Assembly (NCBI GenBank): GCA_036785375.1
Contig: JAWMAR010000008.1
Location: 14,012,001-14,076,000, forward strand
Length of the DNA stretch: 64,000 nt
Reading direction: 5' to 3'
Source of the DNA: Leucoraja ocellata
Taxonomy: Eukaryota
Below, piece after piece: positions 36,480-50,026 of this stretch; positions within the stretch are counted from its first letter, which is position 1, and every line of letters starts with the position of its first letter. The notes below the pieces were generated by a model, which searched no databases, had not been told where the DNA came from, and was given only the letters and a program-made list of their open reading frames with translations. Both the position numbers and the translations under genes were made by a program.

Positions 36480-37012
36480 GTACCAAACTGTAAATCCTCA
36501 CAAAGAAAATAATGGAAGGATAGGCAGGAAACTAAAGGGTGCAGGTAGCTCTATGAATAAAATATTAGATTAGTGTAGTAATGAGAAACAATCTTGGTCC
36601 AGGAGATCCAGCAATGAGATCACTTTGGGTGGAAAAAAGAAGCAGGAAAAGGAAAGTAATCACTGTAGGACTAGTCTATAGACACCCTAACTAAAGCGTA
36701 TTCGAGAACAAGAGTGTAAATTAAGACATCATGGGGGCTTGAAATAAATATGCGATTTTAAACCCGTCGAGTAGATTGAACAAAACAAATTGACAGCCTT
36801 ATGGATCAGTTCAGTTTTTATTCACGACGGTTTCTTAGAACAAAATATCGTGGAATTAACAGTGAACAGACTATTTTAGGGTCTGAGGAAGGGTCTCAAC
36901 CCAAAACGTCATCTATTCCTTTTCTCCAGAGATGCTGCCTGACTCGCTGAGTTACTCCATCCATTTGCGACCATCTTCGGTGTAAACCAGTATCTGCAGT
37001 TCCTTCCTACAC
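36480..37012 (+). mobile_element. Old CR1 endonuclease-domain fragment followed by a Penelope pLTR piece (36880-37012)
   Basis: SLWVEKRSRKRKVITVGLVYRHPN resembles the CR1 APE motif. Then CTGAGGAAGGGTCTCAACCCAAAACGTC. Confidence 0.6.
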
Positions 37013-37939
37013 TGGTTACTTTATATCTGATCATACGCAATGACAGATAATTAATTATCTCGGGGGAAAAGAGCGTGATCTCAACTTTAAAGAATTTTGT
37101 ATTCATTTTGAGAATAAGAAGTTTAAAAACCCGTGATCAAAACTTTGGTATGAATACAGGGTTTGCTAAAGTGGACTGGTAAATCAGATTAAGAGGGAAA
37201 AGGACTGATAAGCAGCTGCAGACATTTGATATTTTGTAATTTTCAACAACGATACATTCCTTTGAGAAATAAAGATTTGAGAAGATTGATAATCCCGCTC
37301 TGCCCAACAAAAGAAACTGCAGGAAAAGCCAAACATTACTGTGAATAGTGATAGGTTGGAATGCAAGGCAAGCTTTAGAAACCAGCAAAATATAAAATGA
37401 AACTAGTAAAGAGGAAATAAATAAATGATCAAGCTAATCCAAAGTCTGGTGTGAGAACTCCAGCTAACAAATTGGGGATGGAAGCAACCGAAGAGGACGT
37501 TGTTGGGGTAAGAAGACGTAAACAGGTTGGGGTCATCATTCGTTAAAATGGAAATATTGAGGGATGAAACTGTGGCCTCTGATCATTCTAATTAGGGTGG
37601 AGAAGATCAGGAAAGGTAATGAATACATGAAAATGGGTGGAACTTGGATGAGTGGGGGTCAGAGGAAAGTGAATGGAGAGAGCGATACAGAGATATAATT
37701 TTTTTAACATTATAACATGAGATGTTAAAGTTTGCAATTTATGGTATCTGAGCGGAAACGGTTGGGTTTTTTTTCCAGGATAGTTCACTATAGAGATACA
37801 GCATGTAATTAGGCCCTTTGGCCCATTGCGTCCATGCTAACCATCAATCACCTTATGGATTCTGAGGAAAAATATGTTTTTTTTGTTGAAATAACGAATG
37901 CAGCAAATGATAAAGACAAAAACGCAGTCCAGGATAGTT

Positions 37940-38200
37940 CACTAGGGATACAGTGTATAAGTAGGTCCTTTGGCCCACTGAATCCATGCTAACCCATCAA
38001 TCACCTGTTTGTATTAGTTCCATATTGTCCCACTTTCCTATCCACTCCCCACATGGGACAATTTATCTTTAGAATGTGGAAGAAACCAGAACACTTGGAG
38101 GAAACACACGCAGTCACAGGGAGAGTGGCAACATCCATTCAGACAGTACCCAGTCAGGATTGAACTGGGATATGTGGGGCTGTGAGGCATCAGCTCAATA
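37940..38200 (-). mobile_element. V-SINE (minus strand)
   Basis: Reverse-complement V-core gaaacacacgcagtcacagggagag and head gtcaggattgaactgg. Confidence 0.75.
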
Positions 38201-38839
38201 TCTTTGAGATTTTGGAGGGAGAGGTCACCACCATGACTGTGCCAACACATGGCATTCAGCATGGATGTCAGGATGCAATAAGAACTGATCAAATAAACAC
38301 TGAAATGTTTGAGCAAGTCACGGGACAGTGATTAGAGGAAAGGATTTCCTGAAGTTTTTTCTTGGGGTTACATAGCTAGGAGAGGAATGTGCGCAAGTCA
38401 GAAGGAGAAGCACGAGGAAGGATGGAGGTGTATGAGAATGCGCGGTGTGAAGAATTGATGGTGAGAGGGTTTTGAGCGAGCGGTGAGTGAGGCACATGAG
38501 GCAAGGAGGATATGGGTTCTGTAACACTGGAGGGGGCCTTGCAATGGCCGGATGCGTCCAGTCATTGACAGCGGACTGAGCGGAGAGGCACGCCAGACGG
38601 CAGTATAGATGATGGGGATGGGCCTGCTAGTTTCATAGTGAAACCACATGGGGTGCTGGAGTAACTCAGCAGACTGAATCAGTCTGAAGAAGGGTCCCAA
38701 AGTCACCGATCCGTGTTCTCCAGAGACGTTGCCGGAACCACTGAGTTACTCCAGCACTTTGTGTCCTTCTATGCACTGATCATCATCTGCAGTTCCTTAT
38801 TTCAACTACATTTAATAATAACACCTTGCTCGGTTATCA

Positions 38840-39748
38840 TAAGGTCATAAGTGATGAATGAAAAAAATAGGAGTAGAATTAGGCCATTCGGCCCATCAAG
38901 GCTACTCCCCCATTCAGTCATGGCTGATCTATCTCTCCCTCCTAACCCCATTCTCCTGCCTTCTCCCCATAACCTCTGATACCTGCACTAATCAAGAATC
39001 TATCTATCTCTGCCTTAAAAATATCCACTGACTTGGCACCCACAGCCTTCCATTTTCCAGATTCACTACCTCTGACAAAAGCAATTTCTCCTCATCTCCT
39101 TCCTAAAATAATGTCCTTTAATTCTGAGGCTATGACCTCTAATCATAGACTCTCCCACTAGTGGAAACATCCTCTCCACATCCAATCTATCCAAGCCTTT
39201 CACTATTCTGTATATTTCAATGATGTCCCCCCTCATTCTTCTAAACTCCTGCGAGTAGAGGCCCAGTGCTGACAAACGCTCACCATAGGTTAACTTACTC
39301 ATTCCTGGGATCATTCTTGTAAACCTCCTCTGGACCCTCTCCAGAGCCAGCACATCCTTCCTTAAATTGCTTACAATATTCCGAATATGGCCTTACCAGT
39401 GCCTTATAGAGCCTCAGCATAACATCCCTGTTTTTGTATACAAGCCCTCTTGAAATAAATGCTAACATTGAGTTTGCTTTCTTTGCTACCGATTCGACTT
39501 GCAGATTAACCTTTTGGGAATCCTGCACCAGCACTTCCGAGTCCGATTTCTGGATTCTCTCCCCATTTTGAAAATAGTCTCCCAACCTGTCCAAGTCCTC
39601 TGCAGAGTCCCTGCTTTCTCTACACTACCTGCCCTTCCTCCTATTTTCGTATCATCCGCAAACGTGGCCACAAAGTCTTCAATCCCCTTGTCCAAATCAT
39701 TAATATACGTGAAGAGTAGCGGCCCCAGCATCGACCTCTGTGGAACCT
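38840..39748 (-). mobile_element. 5'-truncated CR1 LINE
   Basis: Minus-strand LGPLLFTYINDLD..FADDTKIGG, LYKALVRP and LERVQRRFTRMIPGM, with the 3' UTR ggccattcggccc. Confidence 0.93.
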
Positions 39749-39856
39749 ATAGCGGATAATCAGCAATAATGGATACTACTCCTCCCCCCCCTCCCACCCC
39801 CCTGGTCCATTATAATGAGGATTAACTGTGTCTATACACATGACAATAAATTAACT

Positions 39857-40051
39857 GTAAGAAGGAACTACAGATGTGGGTTCAAACAAAAGATAGACAT
39901 AAAAAGCTGGAGTAACTCAGCGGGACAGGCGGCATCTCTGGAGAGAAGGTATGGGTGATGTTTCAAGAGGGGTTGACCCGAAACGGCACCCATTCCTTTT
40001 CTCCATATCTGCTGCCTGTCCTGGTGAGTTACTCCTTTTGTGTCTATCTTC
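39857..40051. mobile_element. Palindromic Penelope mini with 14-nt TSD
   Basis: Inverted arms (gatagacataaaaagctggagtaactcagcgggacaggc / gcctgtcctggtgagttactcc..tgtgtctatc), flanked by acaataaattaact and acaatagattaact. Confidence 0.8.
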
Positions 40052-40074
40052 ACAATAGATTAACTAACTGAATG

Positions 40075-40440
40075 GTTGAGTCTTTGGAATTTGGAAGAAT
40101 GAAAGGTGAGCTTAAGATTCTGGGAGGCTTCATTGAAGATATTTCCATTTGAGGTGGAAACTACAATTAAGGGAGATCGTTTCAGAATGTGGAGTTGCTG
40201 GTGGAGATGAGGAGGAATCTTTCATCGGGTACATGAATTTTAGCAGTTCTCTATTCCAAAAGGCTGTGGATGTAGAATTATTGAATATATTTAAGATCAA
40301 AATAGATTTTTGACGTATGGGAGTTGAGGCCATGGGGAAGAGGCAGGAAAATGGAGCTTAGGCCATGATCTTAATGAGTGACTGAGCAGGTTCGAAGGGC
40401 TCTGTGATTTACTCCTCTTATTTGTCATGATCCTATGTTC
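40075..40440 (+). mobile_element. Old CR1 3' fragment
   Basis: gaagaatgaaaggtga...gagatgaggaggaatc...gagcaggttcgaagggc. Confidence 0.6.
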
Positions 40441-41355
40441 TTTGAAATGGATATTAAAATAGATTTAAGTCTGACTATTTTATCGTAGATCCCATTGTGC
40501 TTTTAATAGTGATTGCAGACATTGTCAGGTGTTTTACGTATTGCCAGGACTGGGACTGACATCCCTGTTGGACGAGTACTTCCATCAATCACGTAAATCC
40601 TATTATGGCAAGTTATTAACCACTTCCATGCGGCCATAGTTTCAATCGGCTGATATAACATGTTGCTCACACTCTGAGTGTCCAATCAATTACTGTAGCA
40701 GAGTGTCAGACAGAGTGTCCCTTCCTGCATCTGTTAGCTATTTAGTTGTCGTGACATGTTGTCGTATTGTTAAAAAGTCAAGCTGCTCATCACTAACGTC
40801 TGCTATTAGATCATGTCTGAGGTAGACATTAAGTGCACTTGATGTTCTTGTGCAGGCTCTGCCACAAACATCCCAGATGAATGGGTTTTTATTTTTTGAA
40901 AATACTGTATCATTTCCAGAAGTTGAAAAGACATTCAAAATAGCTATCGTAAATTTAACTCTGACAAAGAATTGCTTTTATTTTATGTTCACATGTGGTG
41001 CAGCAACATTTTAAATGAGATCCATTTTGTGGTGAATAATTTACATTTTCCGAGATTCGTTCTTTCATTATTTTGAAATCCTCTTTGACAAGATTAGCGA
41101 TTTGATGGGTCAGTTTCAAGAATTCTTTGACCGCTTGGATTTTGGGGAATACCTCATTGTTCAGTTGCAAACTCGAGCTCCATAGAATGAAGTGCAGAAT
41201 GTAGCATCTGTGTACAGAGTCACATCTGGCATGTCTGCCAAATGACGGTGACCCTTCTTGCACCTTTTCTTGTAAAGGGCTTTTTTATGACGTTGAGTGG
41301 CTCTCCAACACAGTTCTGAGGAAGTGTGGCACCACCCAAGCTGCTATCTTTTAGA

Positions 41356-42225
41356 TTAAGTCAAGTCATATTGAGTTTATTGTCATATGTACAAATACGG
41401 TGAGGTACAGGTACAATGAGCAGCAGCAGGGCAGGCACAAAGACCTCAATAACACACGGTAAATAATGCAAGACAATAAAAATAAAGACTCTGCATAAAC
41501 AAGACGTAACTGCAAAATACAAATAAAAACAAGTCTATGGTAGTGCAAGAGATTGTCCATAGTGTTGCATTGCTGAGATGGGAATAGGCTTGTGTTGGTT
41601 GGTTTAAGAATCTGATGGTTGTAGGAAAGTAGCTGTTCCTGAACTTGGTGGTGTGGAATTTCAGGATTTTGTACCTCTTGCCCGATGGTAGCAATGAGAA
41701 GAGGGCATGCCCAGATGATGAGGATCCTTAATAATAGATGCTGCTTTACCTGCCTTTGATGGTAAGGAGGGTTGTGCCTATGATGAGCCAGACTTAGCCC
41801 ACCACTCTCTGCAGCCCCTTGTGCTGGATTGAATCAGACCATGATACGACCAGTCAGGATTCTTTCTACAGTTTATCTGTAGAAGTTTGTTATAGTATTT
41901 GGTGACACCTTTCACACCTTTGTGATTACATGAATGTACTGGGCCAAACAGAGGTCATCTGAAATGTTTTCCGCTATTGACCCACCAATGAAAACTGGCA
42001 AGTGTTCTCCCAAATTCCCCTTTCAATTAGTTTCTTGGTCTTGTTGACATTGAACGAGAGTTGTTATCATGGCACCACTCAACCAGCTGTTCCATCTCTC
42101 TCTTGTACACTGACTCTTAACCATATGTGATACAGCTGGCAACCATGATGTCGTGACAAATTTATAGATGGCATTGGAGCTGGGCTTAGCCACACATTCA
42201 TGTGTGTAAAGTGAGTAGAGAAGTA
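41356..42225 (-). mobile_element. Rex1/Babar LINE 3' half
   Basis: Minus-strand LYSLYTHECVAK.SSNAIYKF and LPSGKRY......T.KFRNSYFPT.IR.LN, with tail tttattgtcatatgtac. Confidence 0.88.
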
Positions 42226-44309
42226 TTTGGCATTTACTTGGTTGTAAAATGTTTTGAGACATCCCATGGTGCATATTTCCCCACATTCAATAAAGCTGTC
42301 TTTATGACAAGTAGGTTGGGTGGTTAATATAGTTGTTGTCCTTTTTATAACACTCTCTGGAACTTCAATATTGCGTACCATCTGGAGGAAGAGACCGAAA
42401 TATGGAAGCTCATGAAAGGCACCACATAAATGCAAGACCTTTATATATAAATAAATGGAGGTTCTGTTTAGTCCTGTTTTTGTTGGTTCCACTCTGCTCA
42501 GTGCTAGATTCCCTCTTGCATATTTCACCTTTACAAGTTAGCCACTTAATAAATTTACATTTTAATCCGGAGAAACTGGAATATTTTGGTCTTGGATTCA
42601 TTTTAACGAATGGCACAGAAATACATGACCTTGAAAGGCTTGCGGACAAACTGTATTTATATTATCATTAGCACTCAGCCAGGAATGTGTTTGGATTTGG
42701 AGGTGAAACAGGAAAACAAACCTGGTACACTTTGGACTTGCCAGAGATTTACTGGGAGGGATGTTGATGGAAGGAAGGCGTACATTCTAAGAGGATGATT
42801 CTAGCTAAAGGCAATCTGGTCACAAACCCTCAGCTAAGGACATCAGTAGAAAGACTGGAGAGTATACTGGTCTCCCTTATTCCAAGTCTGATGACATGGG
42901 AATGCTAAAGAGTATCCTGCTAATGCTGGTATATATTTGCCTTGTGCAGAGATATCAAAACAGATTTTATTACCTTGTAAAACTCCTACTTCCTCATAAT
43001 TTGATTCCTCAAATTTTGTAATATATCTTGAATAATTAACTACATTATCCACTCTAGTTATATTATTTTGCTGCTGCTCCTTCCATGTGGTAAGTGATAT
43101 TGAAGTTACAGAGAGTGTTGAGAGAAGAGTAACAACTATCAAAACTATAGATACAAGGAACAGCTAATGCTGGGACATTGAGCAAAACACAAAGTGCTGG
43201 AGGAGCTCAGTGGGTCAGGCAGCATCGGTAGAAGTAATTGATACATGATGTTTAGGCTCCGGACCCTCTAATCAGCCTGAAGAAGGTCCCAACCCACAAT
43301 GTCGCCTATCTAAACAATTACCTTGTTGTAAGGACAGCTTTGGAGTATATGGGAAGATGGGAGAGAGTGTTGGAGATGAATAAAATGATAAAGGAATGGA
43401 TATAGTGGAATTAAATTTAACAGAGAATGGCAAAAAGATAGAAAACGAAACAGATAAAATGTTAGAACATATTTAATCTGCTATCCATTGGTGAACCTCA
43501 TGAATAGACTACTTTATGTGTGGTAAATATGATACGACTGTGCTTATATTGTACATGGATAAGTTCAGGAGCGGAGCATGTTACTGTTTGACCGCAAGTA
43601 ATGCTGGACTTCCTGGGCAATTAATATTTGGACTTGGGGGAGATATGTTGGCAACAGGGAGGGTTGGAGTGCTGGTTTACTTTTTTTTCCATTTGCAATT
43701 TACATTTGATGGTTAAAAACTAATGGTAATTCACTATCACTCTTTCTCTCACATCTGCCAGTGACTCCTTTCTCTTTCCAGCCCAAGGGGTGAGACTCTG
43801 AAACATCTGTCAGCACTTTTTGGTTGTAATTCATGTTTCTAGTCATTAGCAGCCATCATTTTTACTCTGACCTTTGCAGGAAACTGCCTCTTAACCTTTT
43901 TGTGCTAATAACACTATTTCCTCTTGTGTAGCTGGACAGCTTGAGTGTTGATAATGAATAATAAACCTCTCAAATCATTCTTCTGGGCACTTCTTCATTT
44001 AAACACACATACTGATAATTAGAATTGAGCCGTTAAAACGTTTAAAATCTTTGGATGAAATTACAATTTTGTTTTTCTGAATCCCACTTAAGTAAGGCAG
44101 TCAGCAAGATTGCTAATTATACTGCAAATTTGGGTGCATTTTAACTTTCCATGTAGAGGTCTCCAGGAGCTGAAGATTAGTCTCTTGAATATGATTACAG
44201 GAAATCCAGGAAGAAAAATTAATGAAGAATTACCATTGTTTTCATTTTCTTTGAAAACTCCGATTTATTAATTATCAAAATATTGGAGATCTGTAAAAAA
44301 AACTGTGAG

Positions 44310-45180
44310 CCTTGATAGATAGGATTCAAAATTGGCTTGGCCAAAGAAAAGGTTGTAATGACTAGAGGTCTGTGACTAGTGGTGCACCACAGGGATTAGT
44401 GCTGGGACCTTGTTTACGATATGTATAAATGATTGGTTGGAAACATTGAGCTAATTGTGATCAGGAAGTTTGCAGATGACACAAAAAGTGGCGGAGTTGA
44501 GGATAGCGAGGAAGATTGTCAAAGAATAGAACAAGAAATAGATCAGTTGAAAATATGGGCAATGAAATGGCAGATAGGTTTCAATCCTGACAAGTGTGAG
44601 GTAAATGGCAGTACCCTTAGGAGCATTGATGTACAGAAGAATGCTTTGCTGCAAGTCCACAGCTCCCTGAAAGTGGCAGCATAAGTAGACAGGTGGCAAA
44701 GAACGTGTGTGGCATGTATGTCTTCATAGGTCTGGGCCTAGGATATAAAAGTTCCTAAGTCATGTTACAGCTGTATAAAACTTTGGTTGGTCCACATTTG
44801 GAGTATAGTGTGCAGCTCTGATCATCGCATTACAGGGAAAATATGGAAGCTTTTGGGAGGCTGCAGAAGAGAGTCAACAAGATGTTGCTGGGAAAGTATT
44901 GGCTATGAGAGTTTAGTCAGACTTGGATTGTTTTTTTCTGGAGTTTCGGAGGCTGAGGGGAGATCTGATAGTAGAATATAAAAGTATTAGAAACATTGAT
45001 AAGGTACATAGAATATTTTTTTCAGAGTGAAAATATCATATACTGGAGTGCATAGATTTAAGGTGTGAGGGGGAAAGTCTGAAGGAGATATTTGAGGCTG
45101 TTTTTTACAGAGAGTGGTGATTCCTGGAATGTGCTGTCAAGGGAGATGGTGGAAATAGATAAGATAGTGATGTTAGATAC
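44310..45180 (+). mobile_element. Older CR1 LINE fragment
   Basis: VTSGAPQGLVLGP, KFADDTKSGG and LYKTLVGPHLEYSVQL motifs. Confidence 0.85.
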
Positions 45181-45694
45181 TGTTTTACGCTCCATGTAAA
45201 CAAAGGATTAGGGCAGTTTAAGTGGAAAGTTAACAGGATAGAGGAACTGTGTTTCACTCAGGTCTCACTCACAAAATGCAGTAGATGACAGTTTAAGTCT
45301 TAGACTGATAATTTTGTAAGCCAAGTGTATTTTGAGGTCATAATTTATTTCAGGCAGTGTTGCAACATCTGTGGTCTCTACAATCCAATGCTGCTCGTTT
45401 CACAGTATTGACTGAGACAAATGTTGGGGCTACAGAACTAGGTGGACAGATTTATGCCTCATATGAGCTTTTTTCTTCATTTGAATCAAACCTGAGGGCT
45501 GAATGATCAATCTCTGTTCCTATAACAGAGTTGGCAAAACTGCTTCAAAGTGAATTATGATGTTTACAGATTTGCCAAAATAACAGCAACAAGTTAGGGC
45601 AAGTGTGCTTCCATTTCTTAGCAATATAATGTTCATTAAGATGATGAATGATAGGGCTGGGGAATATATTGGTTCTATCTCAACCCCCCCAGTG

Positions 45695-46005
45695 CTCTCA
45701 GAACAGATTCACCATGTCCAGATGCAGATGAAATTCCATCAACTGTGGTACAAGATGGCCCACTGCTGAGGAACACTCACAGCTGGGTCAATATACCATT
45801 TTTGTAGTTAGTGCTCCCGTCGTCTACTGTGTCAATGTTAGTGTTAATTGGCACCAAATTACGGGCAATTTTGTACTGAGCAACATCACCCACTGGGAAC
45901 TGAGTGTGACAGCTCAAACGCCTAGCACTTTGAGCTAGCGGTAGAGGCGCTTTCATCTCATTAATCAGGACTGGATTTGATTCCAAAGCCCAGAGATGAA
46001 AGGCT
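45695..46005 (-). mobile_element. LF-SINE-like relic
   Basis: Collinear blocks cagaacag, ccactgggaactg and ctggatttga..cc....ccagagatgaaaggct match the reverse complement of the LF-SINE consensus as recalled (ccactaggaactg; ctggatttgaacc..cctagaggtgaaaggct). Confidence 0.55.
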
Positions 46006-47460
46006 GATTTTGTTTTCCTGCAGCTTCCCATTTGACAAAAGATTTTTTCATGTATGCACATATACAATAAGAAAGCAACTATGTGAAAAGTATATGCAAT
46101 GGTTTTGTTGAAAACTCCAAATGTAACTTTTTAGGAACTCCAATAAACAGCACTCGCAAATTCCACACACTGAGCCTGGATTATAATTTGGTGGTCTTAC
46201 TGGCAGTTTAATGGTCTCCGAGCGCACCACACGCAACTATCTACCTCCCACATGCTATACAAGCCTCGGACAAGCAGTAACCAAAGAATGATCTGGCCTT
46301 CTGATGCTGATGAGTAAAGTTGATTTGAGGCTTGTTCTGCTCTTCCTCAGATTGAAGAGTACTTAATTATTGCTATCTTGCTGTTGGCCAAACTCTTAAC
46401 TGAGGCAAAGGGCTTGGAGAAATAGAAAATCAGCGAGCTGAGATTGTGATAGTGCAACTGCAAATTTTATTCTCAACTGTCTAAGCTTTTGAGCAGATTA
46501 GGAGCAGGTGGCCTAACATGTTATGATTGGACTTGTAAGTTAAATTAGATATTTATTCTTCCTTTAATGTGGAATCCGGGCAGTGTCAGATCCTTGTTGT
46601 TAGCCAACCTAAATTGAAGATCAGAGGTGGCACTAACTTTGATCAAAATGCTACTTGCATTATTACAGCCAACCCAGTAGTAAATTCTCAAACTTTGCTC
46701 AACATTTATTCAAGAATCTGACTTATTTATGTTGGTATACTTATTCCTATTTATTACTTAAGTTTAAATCAAACACTCGACAATCTAATTCTGGAGTTGG
46801 ACTCAATCCACCGACAGTCCTCTGGCTCAAGATGATTGTTTTGATTGTCAATGGTTAAACCTGTCATGTGCAGGTCATTGGGAATGTATTGTGATTTATG
46901 AGGTGTGGAGATCTGTTTGTTGGGTGCAAGTTTAACACAGAAACTACTGACAGACTCTGAGGTTAGTTTAAAAAAAAATAGTGGTTTATAAATTGAGGGG
47001 AAAATTAACGATGATTTTATTTCCGTCACACAGGACCATTGATCATATTGGAATAAACCTGTTGAAAGATAGATGAGCCCACAAGCAGAGTGTGTGTTGA
47101 AAATCAGAATTTGTTTTCTATTTTAAAAATGGACGTAGAGGCACTGGAGAAAAAGATTATACCAGAACTGAGAAATTAAAATATCAAGAAAGGTTGGTAA
47201 AATTGGGTGAAAACTGAACAAGTCGAGAGAGAATGCTCAGGGAAAATCTGACTGATGTCGAGACAATTAGGAACCGATGGATAGGTTTGGAGCCTCAAAA
47301 CAGTTGTGACATGGGGAAAACCCGATACTGGATATAAATATACAATAATCACTAATAAATTTAATAAAGGATTTGGGAGGCTCCTTGCTTCTCAGTTGGA
47401 TAAAATGTGGAACTCATCACAGTATGTTTAGGCAAATAACATGGATGCACTTAAGGTGAG

Positions 47461-47820
47461 TTAGAAACATAGAAATAGGTGCAGGAGGAGGCCATTCGGC
47501 CCTTCGAGCCAGCACCACCATTCATTGTGATCATGGCTGATCATCCCCAATGTATAACCCGTGCCTGCCTTCTTCCCATATCCATTGATTCCACTAGCCC
47601 CTAGAACTCTAGCTAACTCTCTCTTAAATCCATCCAGTGATGTGGCCTCCACTGCCCTCTGTGGCAGGGAATTGTACAACTCTCTGGGTGAAAACATTTT
47701 TTCTCACCTCAGTCTTAAATGGCCTCCCCTTTATTCTAAGACTGTGGCCCCTGGTTCTGGACTCGTCCAACATTGGGAACATTTTTTCCTGCATCTAGCT
47801 TGTCCAGTTCTTTTATAATT
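47461..47820 (-). mobile_element. Young CR1 3' end
   Basis: tagaaacatagaaataggtgcagg..ggccattcggcccttcgagcc, the reverse complement of about 7950-8314. Confidence 0.93.
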
Positions 47821-48794
47821 TTATCTAAAAGTTTATGAAATTAATTCTGTGAAACAATGACTGAAAACTCACAACTTCAGAATGAGAAGGGGGAAGTAGT
47901 GTAATGTGAGGGATTAGGCAGATCATGTAGTACTGAGAATCATTGCTTTGTGATCTTAGATCATTTGAACAATTTGTACATTGTCACATGTTCATTATCA
48001 AACCTGAAAACTTATATTTTAAGTAGATAGATAGTACTGTCTTAAAAACACTTGGTCAGAACTTTGAACAATTTGAGAAGTTGGTTGATATTTATTTCCT
48101 CGGTGATGAAATACATATTCCTTTCATGTCCTAGTTATATTTTGCATGCTATTGATTGATCATACATTACTATATAGTCTATTGGGAGCAAATTTAGTAT
48201 TACCTTCCCAAGGAAGTTGGCGAATTTGAAACGGAAATATTTTCAATGGACCAAGAACAATAAGAATAGGGATTAATTAGATATCCTTTCTTTCGAAGAG
48301 CCGAAATGGAAATTATGGGGCAAATGTCCTTCTCTCTTGTCCTGTATAATTCTGCAATCAACGTCTCTCATACTTCCTCGGAGTTTTTGACTGAGCAAAC
48401 TGTCAATGTCCATATTTATGTTTACTTACTTCAAGGTCTTTGCGATTTTCTATTCTTATTTAAAATTTATATCAGTTGCATGTTTTTTGTGTTTTGATTA
48501 AAGAATTTCTAACCCTGAGAATCTTAAATCCAGGTACAGGAGCACTTCCGGTTATACGGCCGTGACATGTAGCTAAGTTGCTAATTAAAGATTTAATCAC
48601 CGTCCAGTCATTGAGCTTTGTTGAAGTTATGCCTTGTCAGGTGTTCATAAAATTACTTACTACCTAACCACTGATTTTTAGCATTGATGTGATTCCATTT
48701 CAGACAGTTTTTTTGTGCCTAGCTACAACATTTTAGCATTAGACCTTTTAGTGGTTTCTCTAATCAAACTGTGGATGCGCAGTTGAGCAAGTAA

Positions 48795-49019
<225 letters not shown>

Positions 49020-49179
49020 TAAAAAGCTCTCCCACTAAAACATTTCCTCACTACCTCACTGGGAAAATTTGACATAGAATTTGATTAAATAAACCATTTT
49101 TGAAAAGAAGTGCAACTTAAAAATGATGGAAAGCTAACATGCAGGGGGAGGTAATTGGGAAGGAAAATGGAATATTGGT

Positions 49180-49980
49180 CTTCATTGCAAGAGGACTTCA
49201 TCCTTAATGCAGACATACAGGCCTTTGGTGAGAGGACATCTTGAGTATTGTGACCAGTTTTGGTCTCCTTGTCCAAGTAAGAATATACATGCCACAGAAG
49301 GAAGGCAGTGAAGATTCATCTACTGACCTGCTGCCCCATGTTGTGGGTTAGATTCTGTACTTGTAACTCCTAGTGTTTTTCCAACTGCTCAAGTTCTCTC
49401 CCACATCACAACAGCCTGCAGGTTGATTGGTTATTTGGCCACTATATAGCACTATATAAGAAGAAGAATTTGGGATCAGTTTAGGATTAGTATAAATGAG
49501 TGCTTGGTGTGGTTGGCATGGACTTGGTAAGTCAAAAGGCCAATCTTTTTGCTGCATACTTGGAAAGATAGAATAGGTTAGGTCACTATGCTTTAGACAT
49601 TTGAAGAATGAAAGTGGTATTATTGAGACATACAAAATTGTTAGCAAGCTTGGCAGGCAAGAAATGGGAAGAAGCTCTCCTCTGCCGAAGAGTCTAGAAC
49701 CCAGGGTCATTCCCAAAATATGGAGATTTTGGTTATTTAGGACTGAAATTAGAGCAATTTCTTCTCTCACATGGTGGTGTATTCTTTGAATTTCTGTGTC
49801 CTAGAGGGCTGTAGAAGCTCAGTTATTGATTGCATACAAAGCTGCGATCACTAGACCACTAGACCACTAGGATGCTAGTAATATTGAAATAGGGCAGAAA
49901 AATTGTATTCAGGTAGATCAGCTGTCATCCTGTTGAACAACCATCTTAAGGGGAAATATTTCTTATTTCTGCTCCTATTT
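49180..49980 (+). mobile_element. Old CR1 fragment containing a V-SINE piece (about 49330-49560)
   Basis: ggcctttggtgagaggacatcttgagtattg, then IIETYKI..LGR, interrupted by tctcccacatc...gcatggacttgg. Confidence 0.65.
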
Positions 49981-50026
49981 CTTAAATACCACTTAACCAT
50001 TTTTTCTCCTCCTCTGTACTAACAGC

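Noticed and set aside
38330-38640. Purine-rich, GC-rich stretch as a promoter or exon
   Set aside because: No credible splice pair or recognisable peptide. It is wedged between repeats and is most likely a decayed TE fragment.
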